Assembly (NCBI RefSeq): GCF_028368995.1
Contig: NZ_JAQNDL010000003.1
Location: 2,400,001-2,464,000 of the forward strand
Length of the DNA: 64,000 nt
Direction: 5' to 3'
Origin: Nannocystis bainbridge
GTDB taxonomy: Bacteria > Myxococcota_A > Polyangia > Nannocystales > Nannocystaceae
In this document: positions 9,732-19,405 of the stretch, piece by piece
How positions within the stretch are numbered: the stretch's first letter is position 1
Layout of the letters: each line of letters begins with the position of its first letter
Position numbers and translations under genes: made by a program
The notes under the pieces: generated by a model
Told to the model about the DNA's origin: nothing
The model's database searches: none
What the model saw: only the letters and a program-made list of their open reading frames with translations

Positions 9732-10571
9732 CTACAGGTCGAAGCCGCAGCAGGTGGCGGCCTCCTGGGCCTGGGCTTCGACGTCGAGGTCGCAGAAGTC
9801 GGCCACCGCGGGGCACTCGCCCTGGGGCATGTCGTCGACGAGGCAGGTGCAGGTGTCGCCCTCGCATCTGAACTCGACGGTCGGCTGGCCGGTGCACTCC
9901 TGGCCGAGCGAGCAGCTGCCGGGGCCGCCCTCGGAGCCGAAGCCGACGCAGTCGTCCTGGGCGCAGATCATGTTCGTGGCGTCGAACTCGTCCTGGCACG
10001 GGCCGAACACCTCGTCCTCGAAAGCCTTGTTCAGCTCGTCGCAGGTCATGGTGCCGATGCAGCCGTTGAACGCGACGGTGGCGTCGAGGCAGCCCTCGCC
10101 CTCGCCGAGCGAGCTGGCGCAGTCGCCCTTGCAGCTGGCGACGTCGGGGAACGGCGGGTTCGGGAAGCACTCGAAGAACTTGTCGCAGGCCGCCATGCAG
10201 GCCGCGTCGAGCTCGGGCGGGACCGGCTCGCCGGTGTCCGTGTCGGTGTCGGGCGGCACCATGGTGGTCTCGCCCGCGGTCGCCGTCTGGTCGACCGTCG
10301 TCTCGCCGCCCATCGTGTCGAGCGTGGCGCCCTGCGTCTCGCTGGTGCCCTCGGTCGCCGTCATGCCGCCCTCGGTCGGCGTGCCCGTCGAAGTCGGCGT
10401 ACCGGTGCTCGCGTCGCTGGCGGTCGCGTCGGTGTCGGTCGCGTCGGTGGTCGCCTCGGTCGCGGTGGCGGTCGTGCTGTCGGTCTCGCTCCCCTGCCCG
10501 GGACAGGCTGCGAGCGGCAGCGTGCAGGCGATGAGGAGCGTGCGAAGATCGGAGCGAAGGGTAAGGCTCAT
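9732..10571 (-). CDS. Thr-rich, Cys-rich lipoprotein of unknown function
   Basis: Lipobox PLAAC; Thr/Asp/Glu-rich linker; multi-Cys C-terminal domain. Confidence 0.8.
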   Translation of the reverse strand: MSLTLRSDLRTLLIACTLPLAACPGQGSETDSTTATATEATTDATDTDATASDASTGTPTSTGTPTEGGMTATEGTSETQGATLDTMGGETTVDQTATAGETTMVPPDTDTDTGEPVPPELDAACMAACDKFFECFPNPPFPDVASCKGDCASSLGEGEGCLDATVAFNGCIGTMTCDELNKAFEDEVFGPCQDEFDATNMICAQDDCVGFGSEGGPGSCSLGQECTGQPTVEFRCEGDTCTCLVDDMPQGECPAVADFCDLDVEAQAQEAATCCGFDL

Positions 10572-10848
10572 GCGGCGAAGGGTGCAGCGAGCGACCTGCG
10601 AAGTCCAGGCGCGATGTCGTGCCCGGTGCAGACCCATGCGCCGCGTCTTCGGCCTCGTCGTCGAGCGAGAAGACGTGCTCGCGGTGCAGGGTTCGCGCGA
10701 GCTCGCGTCTTCACGAGCGCGAGCGCCTCAGCGATCGATGACCTCGACGCCGATCCGCTCGAGCGCGCGGCGAGAGTCGTGACGCCACCGAACGAACGCA
10801 CGCGGCGGCGCGACCATGTCCACGAGCTTCAGCGTCACCGCGCGGACA

Positions 10849-10890
10849 TGTCCCATCGGCAATGTCCCATCGACCATGTCCACGGACCGT
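10849..10890. repeat. Tandem array of three 14-bp units (TGTCC-N4-GGACA family)
   Basis: tgtcccatcggcaa / tgtcccatcgacca / tgtccacggaccgt, preceded by GGACA. Confidence 0.7.
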
Positions 10891-11131
10891 CCACGTCGAC
10901 GTGGACCGTTCTCCGCGGAGCCGCTCGCGGACACCATGAAGTGGAAGCGGGCCTCGGCGGCGCTCATCACCACGGTTGTCTCGGCTCGTGCGCGCGAGCA
11001 ACTCCCGGGCGGGCCGTGAGGCCGCCTCGATGCCCCGGATTTAACGCGAACAGCCCCACGGCGCGAGGCGCCGGGGGCCGTCGGGAGCGGACAGGAGAGG
11101 CCGCCGTGAGTCGGGCCGTGCGGCCCTGGAC

Positions 11132-11584
11132 TCACTTCTGGACGCGGATCATCTGGCGATCGAGGGTCACGAACTTGTGACCGTTGCAGCGGGTCGCGAC
11201 CTCGATCGTGACGCTGGTGCCGGCCGGCCCGCGGAGGGCGGCGGCCCAGTCTTCGACGCTGACCGGGTACATGCCGTCGACCGACACGAGGTGCATGCCC
11301 TCGCGGAGGACGCCGTCGGCCGGGGCGCCGGGGAGGATGTCACGGACGACCACGAACTCGCCGCGCTGCTGGATCACCGCGCCGATGCCCGAGTAGGTGT
11401 AACCGCGTTCCGCGACGGTGCGCTGGGCCTTGCAGTTGGTGCCGGCGTAGCGCTGCAGCAGGGCGGCCGAAGTCGCCATCGAGCCGGCGAGGATGATCGA
11501 GCCGAGGACGATCTTTCGCGCTGTGCGCCAGCGGGAGATCGAAGTGGTCAGGTTGGTGTCGGTCTCTGAATTCTGCATGACCAT
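11132..11584 (-). CDS. Small membrane-anchored PDZ-domain protein
   Basis: AGGAG RBS before ATG 11584; TM segment; YSGIGA...LPGAPA...VDG...LRGPAGTSVTI resembles the PDZ domain of C-terminal proteases. Confidence 0.8.
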   Translation of the reverse strand: MVMQNSETDTNLTTSISRWRTARKIVLGSIILAGSMATSAALLQRYAGTNCKAQRTVAERGYTYSGIGAVIQQRGEFVVVRDILPGAPADGVLREGMHLVSVDGMYPVSVEDWAAALRGPAGTSVTIEVATRCNGHKFVTLDRQMIRVQK

Positions 11585-11777
11585 CGCTCCTGTGCCTGAC
11601 GCCTCAAGGTCGTGGATGCTCAGGCTTGTCGAGTGTTTCACAGCTTCGCGGGGGTTGCCAGCGGCGCAAATACCGGCCGCTGCGCGGCGCCATTCCCGGC
11701 CTTCTGCTCGAGTTCGCCCGGGCGAACTGCCAGCTTCTTTGCCAAGCGCCCGCCGTTCGGGCTATAGGCGTGCCCCC

Positions 11778-12677
11778 ATGCCCCTCCTGCGGCTGTTCGT
11801 CCCTCTGACCCTGGTGTCGGTCCTCGCCTGCGACAAGTCGACGCCTGCCACCCCGGCGCTGACGCCCCCGCCCGCAGCGATCGTCTCGGCCGACCCGCCG
11901 GCCCCTGAGCCCGCTCCCGCGGCCGCGGCGGCGCCTCAGGAGCCCGCGATCGCGCCGGCGACCCCGGAGCCGCTGCCCGAAGAGGTCGCCACGGCCCCCA
12001 GCGGCCCGCGCAAGGTGCTCGTGCTCGGCGACAGCCTGGCCGCGACCGGCTTCGGCGCGATGCTCGAGAAGAAGCTCGACGAGCACCCCGACATCGAGTG
12101 CTTCCGCAAGGCCAAGAGCGCGACCGGCCTGGCTCGGCCCGACTTCTATGACTGGGAGTCCGAGGCCAAGAAGGCGGTCGAGCAGCGCAAGCCCGACCTC
12201 GTGGTCGTCATCATGGGCGGCAACGACGGCCAGGACCTCACCACCAAGTCCGGCAAGGGCAAGCGCGTGGCCTGGAAGTCGGACGGCTGGAACGACGCCT
12301 ACAAGGCGCGGGTCGCTGAATTCCTCGGTGAGATCTCCGCCGAGGGCCGCAAGGTCCTGTGGCTCGGTCTGCCGCGCACCGGCACCACCAGCTTCGAGCA
12401 GAAGCTCACCACCATCCGCGACCTGCAGAGCCAGGCGCTCGCCGACTTCGGCGAGGCCGGGGTCTACCTCGACACTTCGCCCTTCATCACCGACTCGGCC
12501 GGCGAGCTCATCGACACCGCCACGATCGGCAAGCGCAAGGCCCAGGCCCTGCGCGAAGAGGACGGCATCCACTTCACGATGGCCGGCAGCGAGTTCTTCG
12601 CCGACAAGGTCTATCCCGAGGTCCTGCGCGTGCTCGGCGTCGAAGACGCTGCTGTGGCCAAAAAGCCCCAGAAGTGA
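11778..12677 (+). CDS. SGNH/GDSL-like lipoprotein (DUF459-like)
   Basis: Lipobox VLAC; GDSL, ATGLARPDFYDW, GGNDGQD and DGIHFT motifs. Confidence 0.88.
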   Translation: MPLLRLFVPLTLVSVLACDKSTPATPALTPPPAAIVSADPPAPEPAPAAAAAPQEPAIAPATPEPLPEEVATAPSGPRKVLVLGDSLAATGFGAMLEKKLDEHPDIECFRKAKSATGLARPDFYDWESEAKKAVEQRKPDLVVVIMGGNDGQDLTTKSGKGKRVAWKSDGWNDAYKARVAEFLGEISAEGRKVLWLGLPRTGTTSFEQKLTTIRDLQSQALADFGEAGVYLDTSPFITDSAGELIDTATIGKRKAQALREEDGIHFTMAGSEFFADKVYPEVLRVLGVEDAAVAKKPQK

Positions 12678-12906
12678 CGCGGGAAGATCTCCCGTGCGCC
12701 GCGCCTCGCGCGCCGCGCACGGCGACGATCTGCAATCCGATTGCAATAGTAATTTCGCCCCCAGGGTCCCGCGAACGCCGCCGTCCGGCCGCATCGCGCG
12801 GCAACAGACAACTGGTTCGCGGCCAGCGCCGTGAGCGGCGAGGCCCGCGCGGCACGAGTGCCCGCGGTGGATAGCCTCTGCTAGCTTGTCCGGTGCTCTT
12901 GCCCGC

Positions 12907-14361
12907 ATGACTCTAGCCCCGTCCGCACGCCCCTTCCGACGCGCCTCCATCGGCAGGTGGTGGTCGTTCTGGGCCCTGCTCGTGGTCCTCTGCGGCGGTC
13001 TGGCCTCGCCCCTGGTGTCCGAGGCCGCGGCCGCGGGCAGCAAGAAGGGCGCGAGCAGCAGCAAGGGCAAGAAGAGCAGCAGCAGCAGCAAGGGCAAGAA
13101 GGGCAAGACCAGCAAGAAGCCGGCGGCCGCGAGGCCGGTGCGGCCGCTGCGACGCGACGTGGACGGCCCGCAGTCTGTCCCCGACGACAGCTTCGAGGAC
13201 ACCGACACCGACGGCGAGGGCGACCTCGAGGACGAGAGCGGCGAGAACGGCGACCCGGAGTCGGAGCTCGAGGCGATCGAGCGCGAGCTGCTGTCGCAGC
13301 CGGCGGGCCCCGAGCCGGAGATCGTATACGCCGAGGGGCCGCCTCCGCCCCCGCCCCCGCCCGTCAAGGCGCGCTCGCTCAAGCACCTGCTGATCCCCGG
13401 CGAGACGCTCGACGAGGTCGCCAAGCTGTATCAGGTCGAGGTCGGTGACCTCGCCAAGTGGAACGCCATCCGCGCGGGTGAGCCGATCCCGAAGAAGAAG
13501 AAGGACCTGCGGGTGATCACCACCCACACGCCGCCGCCGCGCGAGAAGCTCGAGCACGAGATCAAGCGCGGCGACACCTGGGAGGCGATCGCCGCCGAGT
13601 TCGGGGTCGAGGTCGCCAGGCTGCGCCAGCAGAACCCGCGCCTCGGCGACAAGCTGGCCCCCAAGCCGAAGCAGAAGCTCAAGGTCGTCGCCTGGAAGGA
13701 CCTCGACCTCACGCCCTCGGCCGGCCTCGGGACCAAGCTCGGACAGATCCGCGTGCGCGCCGGCGGCCTCAGCATCGGCAAGCCCAACCGCGGCAAGCTG
13801 GTCCGCGGCGTCGAACTGCCCGACCGCCCCGACCTCTACGTCAAGCGCAAGCCCGACGAGTCGTTCGCCTCGACCCACACGGTGATGCAGACGATGGCGG
13901 CGATCACCCGCTTCCGCCACGACAGCAACTTCAAGGGCCAGGTCGTGATCGGCGGGATGAGCCGGGCCCGCGGCGGCCGGTTCCGGCCCCACAAGTCGCA
14001 CCAGAGCGGCCGCGACGTCGACATCCGCCTGCCGGTGCTGCGCGCGGCCGAGGGCAAGCGCCACATCACCTCCGCCGACGTCGACTGGAAGGCGACCTGG
14101 CAGCTGATGCGCGCCTTCCTCGACACCGGCGAGGTCGAGTACATCTTCCTCGAGTTCGCGCTGCAGAAGCGGATCTACAAGGCCGCCCGCGAGTCCGGCG
14201 TGTCGCAGGAGCAGATCGACGCGTGGCTCGAGTGGCCGAAGAAGATCAAGGGCCGCAGCAACAAGCGCGTCCTCATCCGCCACGTCGAGGGCCACCGCAC
14301 GCACATGCACGTGCGCATCCGCTGCGGCCCGCAAGAGAAGCACTGCTACTCGTCGCGCTGA
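12907..14361 (+). CDS. LysM-containing penicillin-insensitive murein endopeptidase (MepA-like)
   Basis: Two LysM-like repeats (PGETLDEVAKLY, RGDTWEAIAAEFG); SIGKPNRGKL, HKSHQSGRDVD and HRTHMHVR. Start uncertain. Confidence 0.85.
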   Translation: MTLAPSARPFRRASIGRWWSFWALLVVLCGGLASPLVSEAAAAGSKKGASSSKGKKSSSSSKGKKGKTSKKPAAARPVRPLRRDVDGPQSVPDDSFEDTDTDGEGDLEDESGENGDPESELEAIERELLSQPAGPEPEIVYAEGPPPPPPPPVKARSLKHLLIPGETLDEVAKLYQVEVGDLAKWNAIRAGEPIPKKKKDLRVITTHTPPPREKLEHEIKRGDTWEAIAAEFGVEVARLRQQNPRLGDKLAPKPKQKLKVVAWKDLDLTPSAGLGTKLGQIRVRAGGLSIGKPNRGKLVRGVELPDRPDLYVKRKPDESFASTHTVMQTMAAITRFRHDSNFKGQVVIGGMSRARGGRFRPHKSHQSGRDVDIRLPVLRAAEGKRHITSADVDWKATWQLMRAFLDTGEVEYIFLEFALQKRIYKAARESGVSQEQIDAWLEWPKKIKGRSNKRVLIRHVEGHRTHMHVRIRCGPQEKHCYSSR

Positions 14362-14375
14362 GCGCGGCCGCCCGC

Positions 14376-14837
14376 ATGTCCCTCGAAGCCCTGTGTCAGC
14401 GCTGCGCGCTCTGTTGCGACGGCAACCTGTTCGCGACCGTCCCGCTGCGCGCGGACGAGGTCGAGGCCGTGCGTCGACATGGCCTCGTCGTCCTCGAGCG
14501 CGCCGCCGGCCCGGTGATGAGCCAGCCGTGCGCCGGCCTGCAGGCCGAGAGCTGCACGCTCTACCCCGATCGGCCGGCGCCGTGCCGCAGCTACGCGTGC
14601 ATGCTGTACGCCGCGCTGGCGGAGGGCGAGGTCGGGCTCGCCGACGCACTCGCGGTGGTCGCCGAGGCCCGGGCCCGGCTGATCGCCGTCGCGAGCGCCC
14701 TGCCCGGCGACGGGCCGGCGCTGGTGCGGGCGCGGGCCGCGGCGCGCGACGGTCACCTGTCCCCGGAGACACACGCGCTGGTGGTCCGCGCGAGCGAATT
14801 CCTCGAGCGACGTTTTCGCGGCCATACGCGCCGCTGA
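14376..14837 (+). CDS. YkgJ-family cysteine cluster protein
   Basis: CQRCALCC, PC-x6-CTLYPDRPAPCRSYAC. Confidence 0.85.
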   Translation: MSLEALCQRCALCCDGNLFATVPLRADEVEAVRRHGLVVLERAAGPVMSQPCAGLQAESCTLYPDRPAPCRSYACMLYAALAEGEVGLADALAVVAEARARLIAVASALPGDGPALVRARAAARDGHLSPETHALVVRASEFLERRFRGHTRR

Positions 14838-14870
14838 GGCCCGCAGCGGCCCGCTGAGGCCCGCAGCGGC
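14831..14870. repeat. Perfect 20-bp tandem duplication, each copy a small hairpin
   Basis: ccgctgaggcccgcagcggc x2; first copy contains the ykgJ-like stop codon. Confidence 0.85.
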
Positions 14871-14932
14871 CCGCGCGGGAGTGCGCAAACCCACAACATG
14901 GGCCCCAGGCGGCGCTGATATGCTCCTGCGCC

Positions 14933-16075
14933 ATGGACAGCGGCAAGCCCAAGCTGTGGAACTTCTCGGCCGGTCCGGCCATTCTCCCGCCGGTGGTGCT
15001 CGAGCGCGCGGCCGAGGCCGTGCACGAGCTGCGCCAGGACGGGCACATCCGCGACGCCGCCGGCGTCGGCATGTCGATCCTCGAGATCTCCCACCGCAGC
15101 GCCCCATACGAGGCGATCACGTTCGGCGCCGAGAAGCTGGTCCACGACGTCCTCGGCGTGCCCGACACGCACCAGGTGCTGTTCCTGCAGGGCGGCGCCA
15201 GCCTGCAGTTCGTGATGGTGCCGATGAACCTGCGCGAGGCCGACAAGTTCGCCGCCTACGTCGACACCGGCGTGTGGGCCAGCCGCGCCATCACCGAGAG
15301 CGAGGGCCTCGGGCCCACGCGCGTGATCGGCAGCTCGAAGGCCACCAACTACGATCGCATCCCCGAGTTCCCCGCGGCCGACAGCTACGCCGGCGCCAGC
15401 TACCTCCACATCACCACCAACAACACCATCTACGGCACCGAGTACCCGGAGATCCCGGCGGCCGAGGGCGGCGTGCCGCTGGTGATCGACTTCTCGAGCC
15501 ACGCCGGCTCGCGGCCGATGGCGCTCGAGCGGGCCGCGATCGGCTACGCCGGCGCGCAGAAGAACCTCGGGCCCTCGGGCGTGACGCTGGTGTACGTGCG
15601 CAAGGACCTGATCGCCAGGAAGCCCGCGGCGCCGGTGCCGGTCTACCTGCGCTACGCGACCCACGCCAAGGAGCCGAGCCTCTACAACACGCCCAACACC
15701 TTCGGCGTGCTGGTGCTCAAGCTGGTGCTCGAGTGGATGCGCGACGAGGGCGGCATCGAGGCGATCGGCGCCCGCAACGAGCGCAAGGCGCAGAAGCTGT
15801 ACGACGTGCTCGACAACAGCAAGGTGTTCCAGCCGCACGCCCAGCAGGGCAGCCGCTCGCGCATGAACGTGACCTGGACCTGCGCGCGTGCCCCCGAGGC
15901 CCAGCGCGAGGCGATCGCCAAGAAGTTCCTGACCGAGGCGCAGGCGCTCGGGTTCGACGGGCTCAAGGGTCACCGCTCGGTCGGCGGCTTCCGGGCCTCG
16001 ATCTACAACGCCTTCCCCGAGGCCGGCGTCGCCGCGCTGTGCGAGTTCATCCGCGAGTTCGAGCGCCGCCTGTAA
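14933..16075 (+). CDS. serC: Phosphoserine aminotransferase
   Basis: NFSAGPA, EISHRS, LQGGASLQF, YAGAQKNLGPSG, YNTP, GHRSVGGFRASIYNA. Confidence 0.97.
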   Translation: MDSGKPKLWNFSAGPAILPPVVLERAAEAVHELRQDGHIRDAAGVGMSILEISHRSAPYEAITFGAEKLVHDVLGVPDTHQVLFLQGGASLQFVMVPMNLREADKFAAYVDTGVWASRAITESEGLGPTRVIGSSKATNYDRIPEFPAADSYAGASYLHITTNNTIYGTEYPEIPAAEGGVPLVIDFSSHAGSRPMALERAAIGYAGAQKNLGPSGVTLVYVRKDLIARKPAAPVPVYLRYATHAKEPSLYNTPNTFGVLVLKLVLEWMRDEGGIEAIGARNERKAQKLYDVLDNSKVFQPHAQQGSRSRMNVTWTCARAPEAQREAIAKKFLTEAQALGFDGLKGHRSVGGFRASIYNAFPEAGVAALCEFIREFERRL

Positions 16076-16078
16076 GCC

Positions 16079-16753
16079 ATGTCCGAGACGATGAAGGCCC
16101 CGGGCTGGGCCGCGATCGACGCCGCCTGCCAGCGGCTCTACGCGCGCCAGGTCCCGCACCAGTACACCAGCAAGACCGCGTACGAGCTCGAGTCGTCGAG
16201 CCCGTTGCCGGCGATCACCGTGTGGGAGGGCCAGCGCCCGCTCCACTGGCACTACGTCACCTACGGCCTGACCGAGCTGTTCGAGAAGACATCCCACGAC
16301 CCGAACGTGTCCGGCTTCGGCTTCGAGCTGACGATGCGCGTGCCGCGGGCCGAGGGTGAGGCCGAGCCGCCGGCGTGGCCGCTGCGCACGCTGCAGAGCC
16401 TCGGCCGCTACGTGCTCGGCAGCCGCAAGGGCTTCGACACCGGCCACCGCGCCGACCTCGGCGGCCCCATCGCCGCCAGCGCGCCCACCGAGCTGACCGC
16501 CCTCGTCTGCGTGCCCGACCCACTGCTCGGCAAGATCACCGGCCCCTACGGCTCGCTGCTGTTCCTCCAGGTCATCGGCGTCACCGCCGACGAGCTGGCG
16601 GCGATGGAGCGCCTCGACCACGAGGGCGTGGTCCACATGATGGGCGAGCTCGATTTCCACGGCCTGACGGACCTGTCCCGCGGGTCATGGCTGAAGAACC
16701 CGCAGAAGGCCCCGGTGGTCCGCCGCTACCAGCTCGGCATCCTCCGCGACTGA
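16079..16753 (+). CDS. Suppressor-of-fused (SUFU) domain protein
   Basis: PGWAAID, HWHYVTYGLTEL, SGFGFELT, FLQVIGVT. Confidence 0.88.
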   Translation: MSETMKAPGWAAIDAACQRLYARQVPHQYTSKTAYELESSSPLPAITVWEGQRPLHWHYVTYGLTELFEKTSHDPNVSGFGFELTMRVPRAEGEAEPPAWPLRTLQSLGRYVLGSRKGFDTGHRADLGGPIAASAPTELTALVCVPDPLLGKITGPYGSLLFLQVIGVTADELAAMERLDHEGVVHMMGELDFHGLTDLSRGSWLKNPQKAPVVRRYQLGILRD

Positions 16754-16765
16754 GCCGTTCGGACA

Positions 16766-16835
16766 TGTCCTCTGCGACATGTCCTTTGCGCAATGCCCCG
16801 AAGGACATGTCCTCCTCGACATGTCCTTTCGCGCA
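16766..16835. repeat. Tandem array of five 14-bp palindromic units
   Basis: tgtcctctgcgaca / tgtcctttgcgcaa / tgccccgaaggaca / tgtcctcctcgaca / tgtcctttcgcgca; convergent junction. Confidence 0.9.
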
Positions 16836-16846
16836 TCTCCGCCCGC

Positions 16847-18010
16847 TCACGGCTCGGGCGGGTTGACGCACGCCACGAACTCGCCGCAGCTCTCGATCTT
16901 CATGCACCGGCGCATCTGCGGCCGGTTCCAGTCGGTCACCGCGAACTCGCACATGCGCTGGCACGAGCGCACGTAGCGGTCGCGCGCCTTGCCCTCCGGC
17001 GGGGCCACGTTGTTGGCGTCGGCCTCGCATTGCAGCTGGCGCTCGCACAGCTGCTGGCACAGGGCGGCCTCGTCGTTGACCGGCGCGGGCGCGCTGGTCG
17101 GCGTCGTCGTCGCCGGGGTCGGGCTGGTCGACGCCGGCGGCGCGCCGGGTGACGGCCGGGGGGACACGGCAACCGCGACGCAGGTGCCATCTGGCCTTCG
17201 GGACATGCCCACAGGGCAGGGTTCGGCCGCGCAGGTGTGGCCGTCCCAGCGGCTGCCGCTCGGGCAGGCCGTCGACTGCGCCACCGCCAGCCCGGGCAGC
17301 GCGCTCAGCTCGATGCGGATCAGCGCCCCGCAGCCCTCCGGCGCCCGCGTGTCCGCCGTGGTCGCCGCGTCGCAGCTGGCGGGCTGGCCGTCGGCCGACA
17401 GCGTCTCGCGCTCGGCCGACGAGCCGACGCCGGCGCCGATCTGGTTGAAGCCGCCGCCGACCTTGATCTCGCCCGCGCCGCCGGCGAAGAAGTGGAACGC
17501 GCCGACCTGCACGCCGGTGATGATGTGCGTGGCCGCGTCGCAGTCGCCCGCCAGCAGGTCGCGCCCGGGCCGGCCCGCCGGCGCCTCGAGCATGCCGACC
17601 AGCGCGATCTCGACGTCGAGCTCACCCGAGCGCGCCAGCTTGCTCTCGAGCCGCGCCGCGCCGAGCGGGAGCTGGGCGTAGAGCTCGTCGGCGCTGCGGA
17701 TCTTGACGCGGTCGTTCTTGCGGGTGAGGCCGAGGTAGGCGTACTGGCCCTGGACGGCGCACTGGCGCTGGATGGCGATCTCGCACCCGTCGACGCGCAC
17801 GGCCACGAGCCCGCGCTTGAGCCGGGCTTCGAGCGAGGCCCGCTCGGCGGCCGCCCACTCGACCACCAGCGGGTGCGAGGCGGCTCCGCCGACGACGCAC
17901 TTGCCCTGCCCGGGGATCTCGAGCTCCGGCGGCTTCGCCAACCGCTCGGCCGGACTGCGACACGAGCCGAGCGCCAACACGACCGCGAACCAACCGCCGG
18001 GGCGAATCAC
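16847..18010 (-). CDS. Hypothetical Cys-rich lipoprotein
   Basis: Lipobox LGSC; globular N-terminal domain, Pro/Thr linker, C-terminal Cys-rich module. Confidence 0.75.
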   Translation of the reverse strand: MIRPGGWFAVVLALGSCRSPAERLAKPPELEIPGQGKCVVGGAASHPLVVEWAAAERASLEARLKRGLVAVRVDGCEIAIQRQCAVQGQYAYLGLTRKNDRVKIRSADELYAQLPLGAARLESKLARSGELDVEIALVGMLEAPAGRPGRDLLAGDCDAATHIITGVQVGAFHFFAGGAGEIKVGGGFNQIGAGVGSSAERETLSADGQPASCDAATTADTRAPEGCGALIRIELSALPGLAVAQSTACPSGSRWDGHTCAAEPCPVGMSRRPDGTCVAVAVSPRPSPGAPPASTSPTPATTTPTSAPAPVNDEAALCQQLCERQLQCEADANNVAPPEGKARDRYVRSCQRMCEFAVTDWNRPQMRRCMKIESCGEFVACVNPPEP

Positions 18011-18070
18011 GGGCGCAGCCTACCAGACCTCGACTTCCACGCCGCGCCGACGATGCGTGACCTCGCGCCG

Positions 18071-18274
18071 TCACGGCCGCGCGGCGACGATCTCCGCCTC
18101 GAGCTGGGACCACACCTCGGGCCCGAACAGCCGCGACAAGTCCACGTGCGCCTGCAACCGCTCGAGCGTGAGGTACGGGGTCTCGCTGGCCTTCAACATC
18201 ACCCGCGCGGCTGCGGTCCGCGCCTCGTGCAGCGCGGCCCGCCGGTCCGGCGAGCGCTCGTCCTCGGCGGTCAT
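18071..18274 (-). CDS. Small hypothetical protein
   Basis: 67-aa ORF with GC-rich third positions, co-oriented with neighbours; no recognisable motif. Confidence 0.45.
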   Translation of the reverse strand: MTAEDERSPDRRAALHEARTAAARVMLKASETPYLTLERLQAHVDLSRLFGPEVWSQLEAEIVAARP

Positions 18275-18305
18275 CGCCCGGTCACGGCGCCGCTCCGCAT
18301 CAACC

Positions 18306-18357
18306 TGTCTCTTCGGACAGCCCACACAGCGAACCGTCCCACATGTCTCTTCGGACA
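18306..18357. repeat. Two identical 14-mers TGTCTCTTCGGACA
   Basis: Copies at 18306-18319 and 18344-18357; the same 14-mer recurs at 46811 and 46884. Confidence 0.8.
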
Positions 18358-18407
18358 GCTCACTCGCGGGCGCGCGCGCTCGGCCGCGCGCGCCTGCGTC
18401 CCCGCGC

Positions 18408-19343
18408 TCAGATCCCGCAGGACCACTTGGCCAGCGGCTCGGCGCCGTCGCCCTTGAGCTTGAAGATGCGGTCGCCGCCGCCGCCGTCGGTGAGGACCGC
18501 GTTGACCCACACTTCTTGCGACTTGTCGCCGTCGAGGTCGAGGAACGCGCGGACCGTGTAGGTCTCGGTGTCGTTGCGCGACTCGAGCAGCGGGAACCAC
18601 TTGCCCGGGGCGGTGGCGCGCTGCATCAGCACGCCGCTGTACGACAGCCGCTCGCTGTCCTTCGGGTTGACCACGTAGACCGAGAACAGCTTGTCGGCCT
18701 GGCCGTCGCCGTCGACGTCGAACGACACCGATTGGTTGATCTGCAGCTCGGCGTCGGGCTTGACCAGCTCGGTCAGCGCCCGCTTCTCCTCCTCGCTGGC
18801 GACCCGGCCCTTCTCGCTGTACGTCTCGGGGTCGGTGCGGTTGATCAGCTTGCCCATCGACTTCGGGAACACCGCGTAGTCGAACGTCTCGCCGGCGTCG
18901 ACCGAGGCGATGCCGAGGCTGGTCGGCTTGTCCTCGCCCGGCTGGCACATCGCGCTCTTGGGCGCCCCGGCCTTGTCGAGCTTCTCGACGCTGTTCGAGC
19001 GCAGGTACACCTCGTCGTCGGCCTTGACCAGCGCCAGGCAGTCCTTGCCGCCGGCCAGCTTCTTCTTGGCGCTGTCGTAGCAGCCGATCGGGATGAGCGC
19101 GCCGTCGACCGTGAAGAACACCGCGCTCGCCTCGGGCGGCACCGGCCCGCTGAGGTCCAGCGCCTGCACGGCCTTGTCGAGGCTGGTCGCGTCGTTGCGC
19201 TTGGTGTCGATGACCTCGGTCTTGGCGTCGGCCTTGGCGTCCTTGGCGTCGGCCTTGGTGCCCTTGGCGGGGTCGCTGGCGCCGCCGCAAGCGGCGATGA
19301 CGAGGGCGAGCGTGAGGGGGAGGGCGGCCTGGCGTGCGATCAT
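18408..19343 (-). CDS. Hypothetical lipoprotein with DxDGDG (FG-GAP/VCBS-like) motifs
   Basis: Lipobox IAAC; DVDGDGQAD and DLDGDKSQE. Confidence 0.8.
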   Translation of the reverse strand: MIARQAALPLTLALVIAACGGASDPAKGTKADAKDAKADAKTEVIDTKRNDATSLDKAVQALDLSGPVPPEASAVFFTVDGALIPIGCYDSAKKKLAGGKDCLALVKADDEVYLRSNSVEKLDKAGAPKSAMCQPGEDKPTSLGIASVDAGETFDYAVFPKSMGKLINRTDPETYSEKGRVASEEEKRALTELVKPDAELQINQSVSFDVDGDGQADKLFSVYVVNPKDSERLSYSGVLMQRATAPGKWFPLLESRNDTETYTVRAFLDLDGDKSQEVWVNAVLTDGGGGDRIFKLKGDGAEPLAKWSCGI

Positions 19344-19405
19344 GGCGGGCGCACGATAGCAACAGGACTGTCCACCGCCAAGCCGCTGACCTACGCTGCG
19401 GGCCC

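Noticed and set aside
10728-11135. Possible small minus-strand CDS between the Cys-rich lipoprotein and the PDZ gene
   Set aside because: No recognisable motif, several competing frames, and it spans a palindrome array; cannot be supported.
16761-16826. Array junctions (GGACATGTCC) match the p53 half-site RRRCWWGYYY
   Set aside because: The decamer arises simply by abutting two units; isolated copies are centred on N4. Treated as coincidence.
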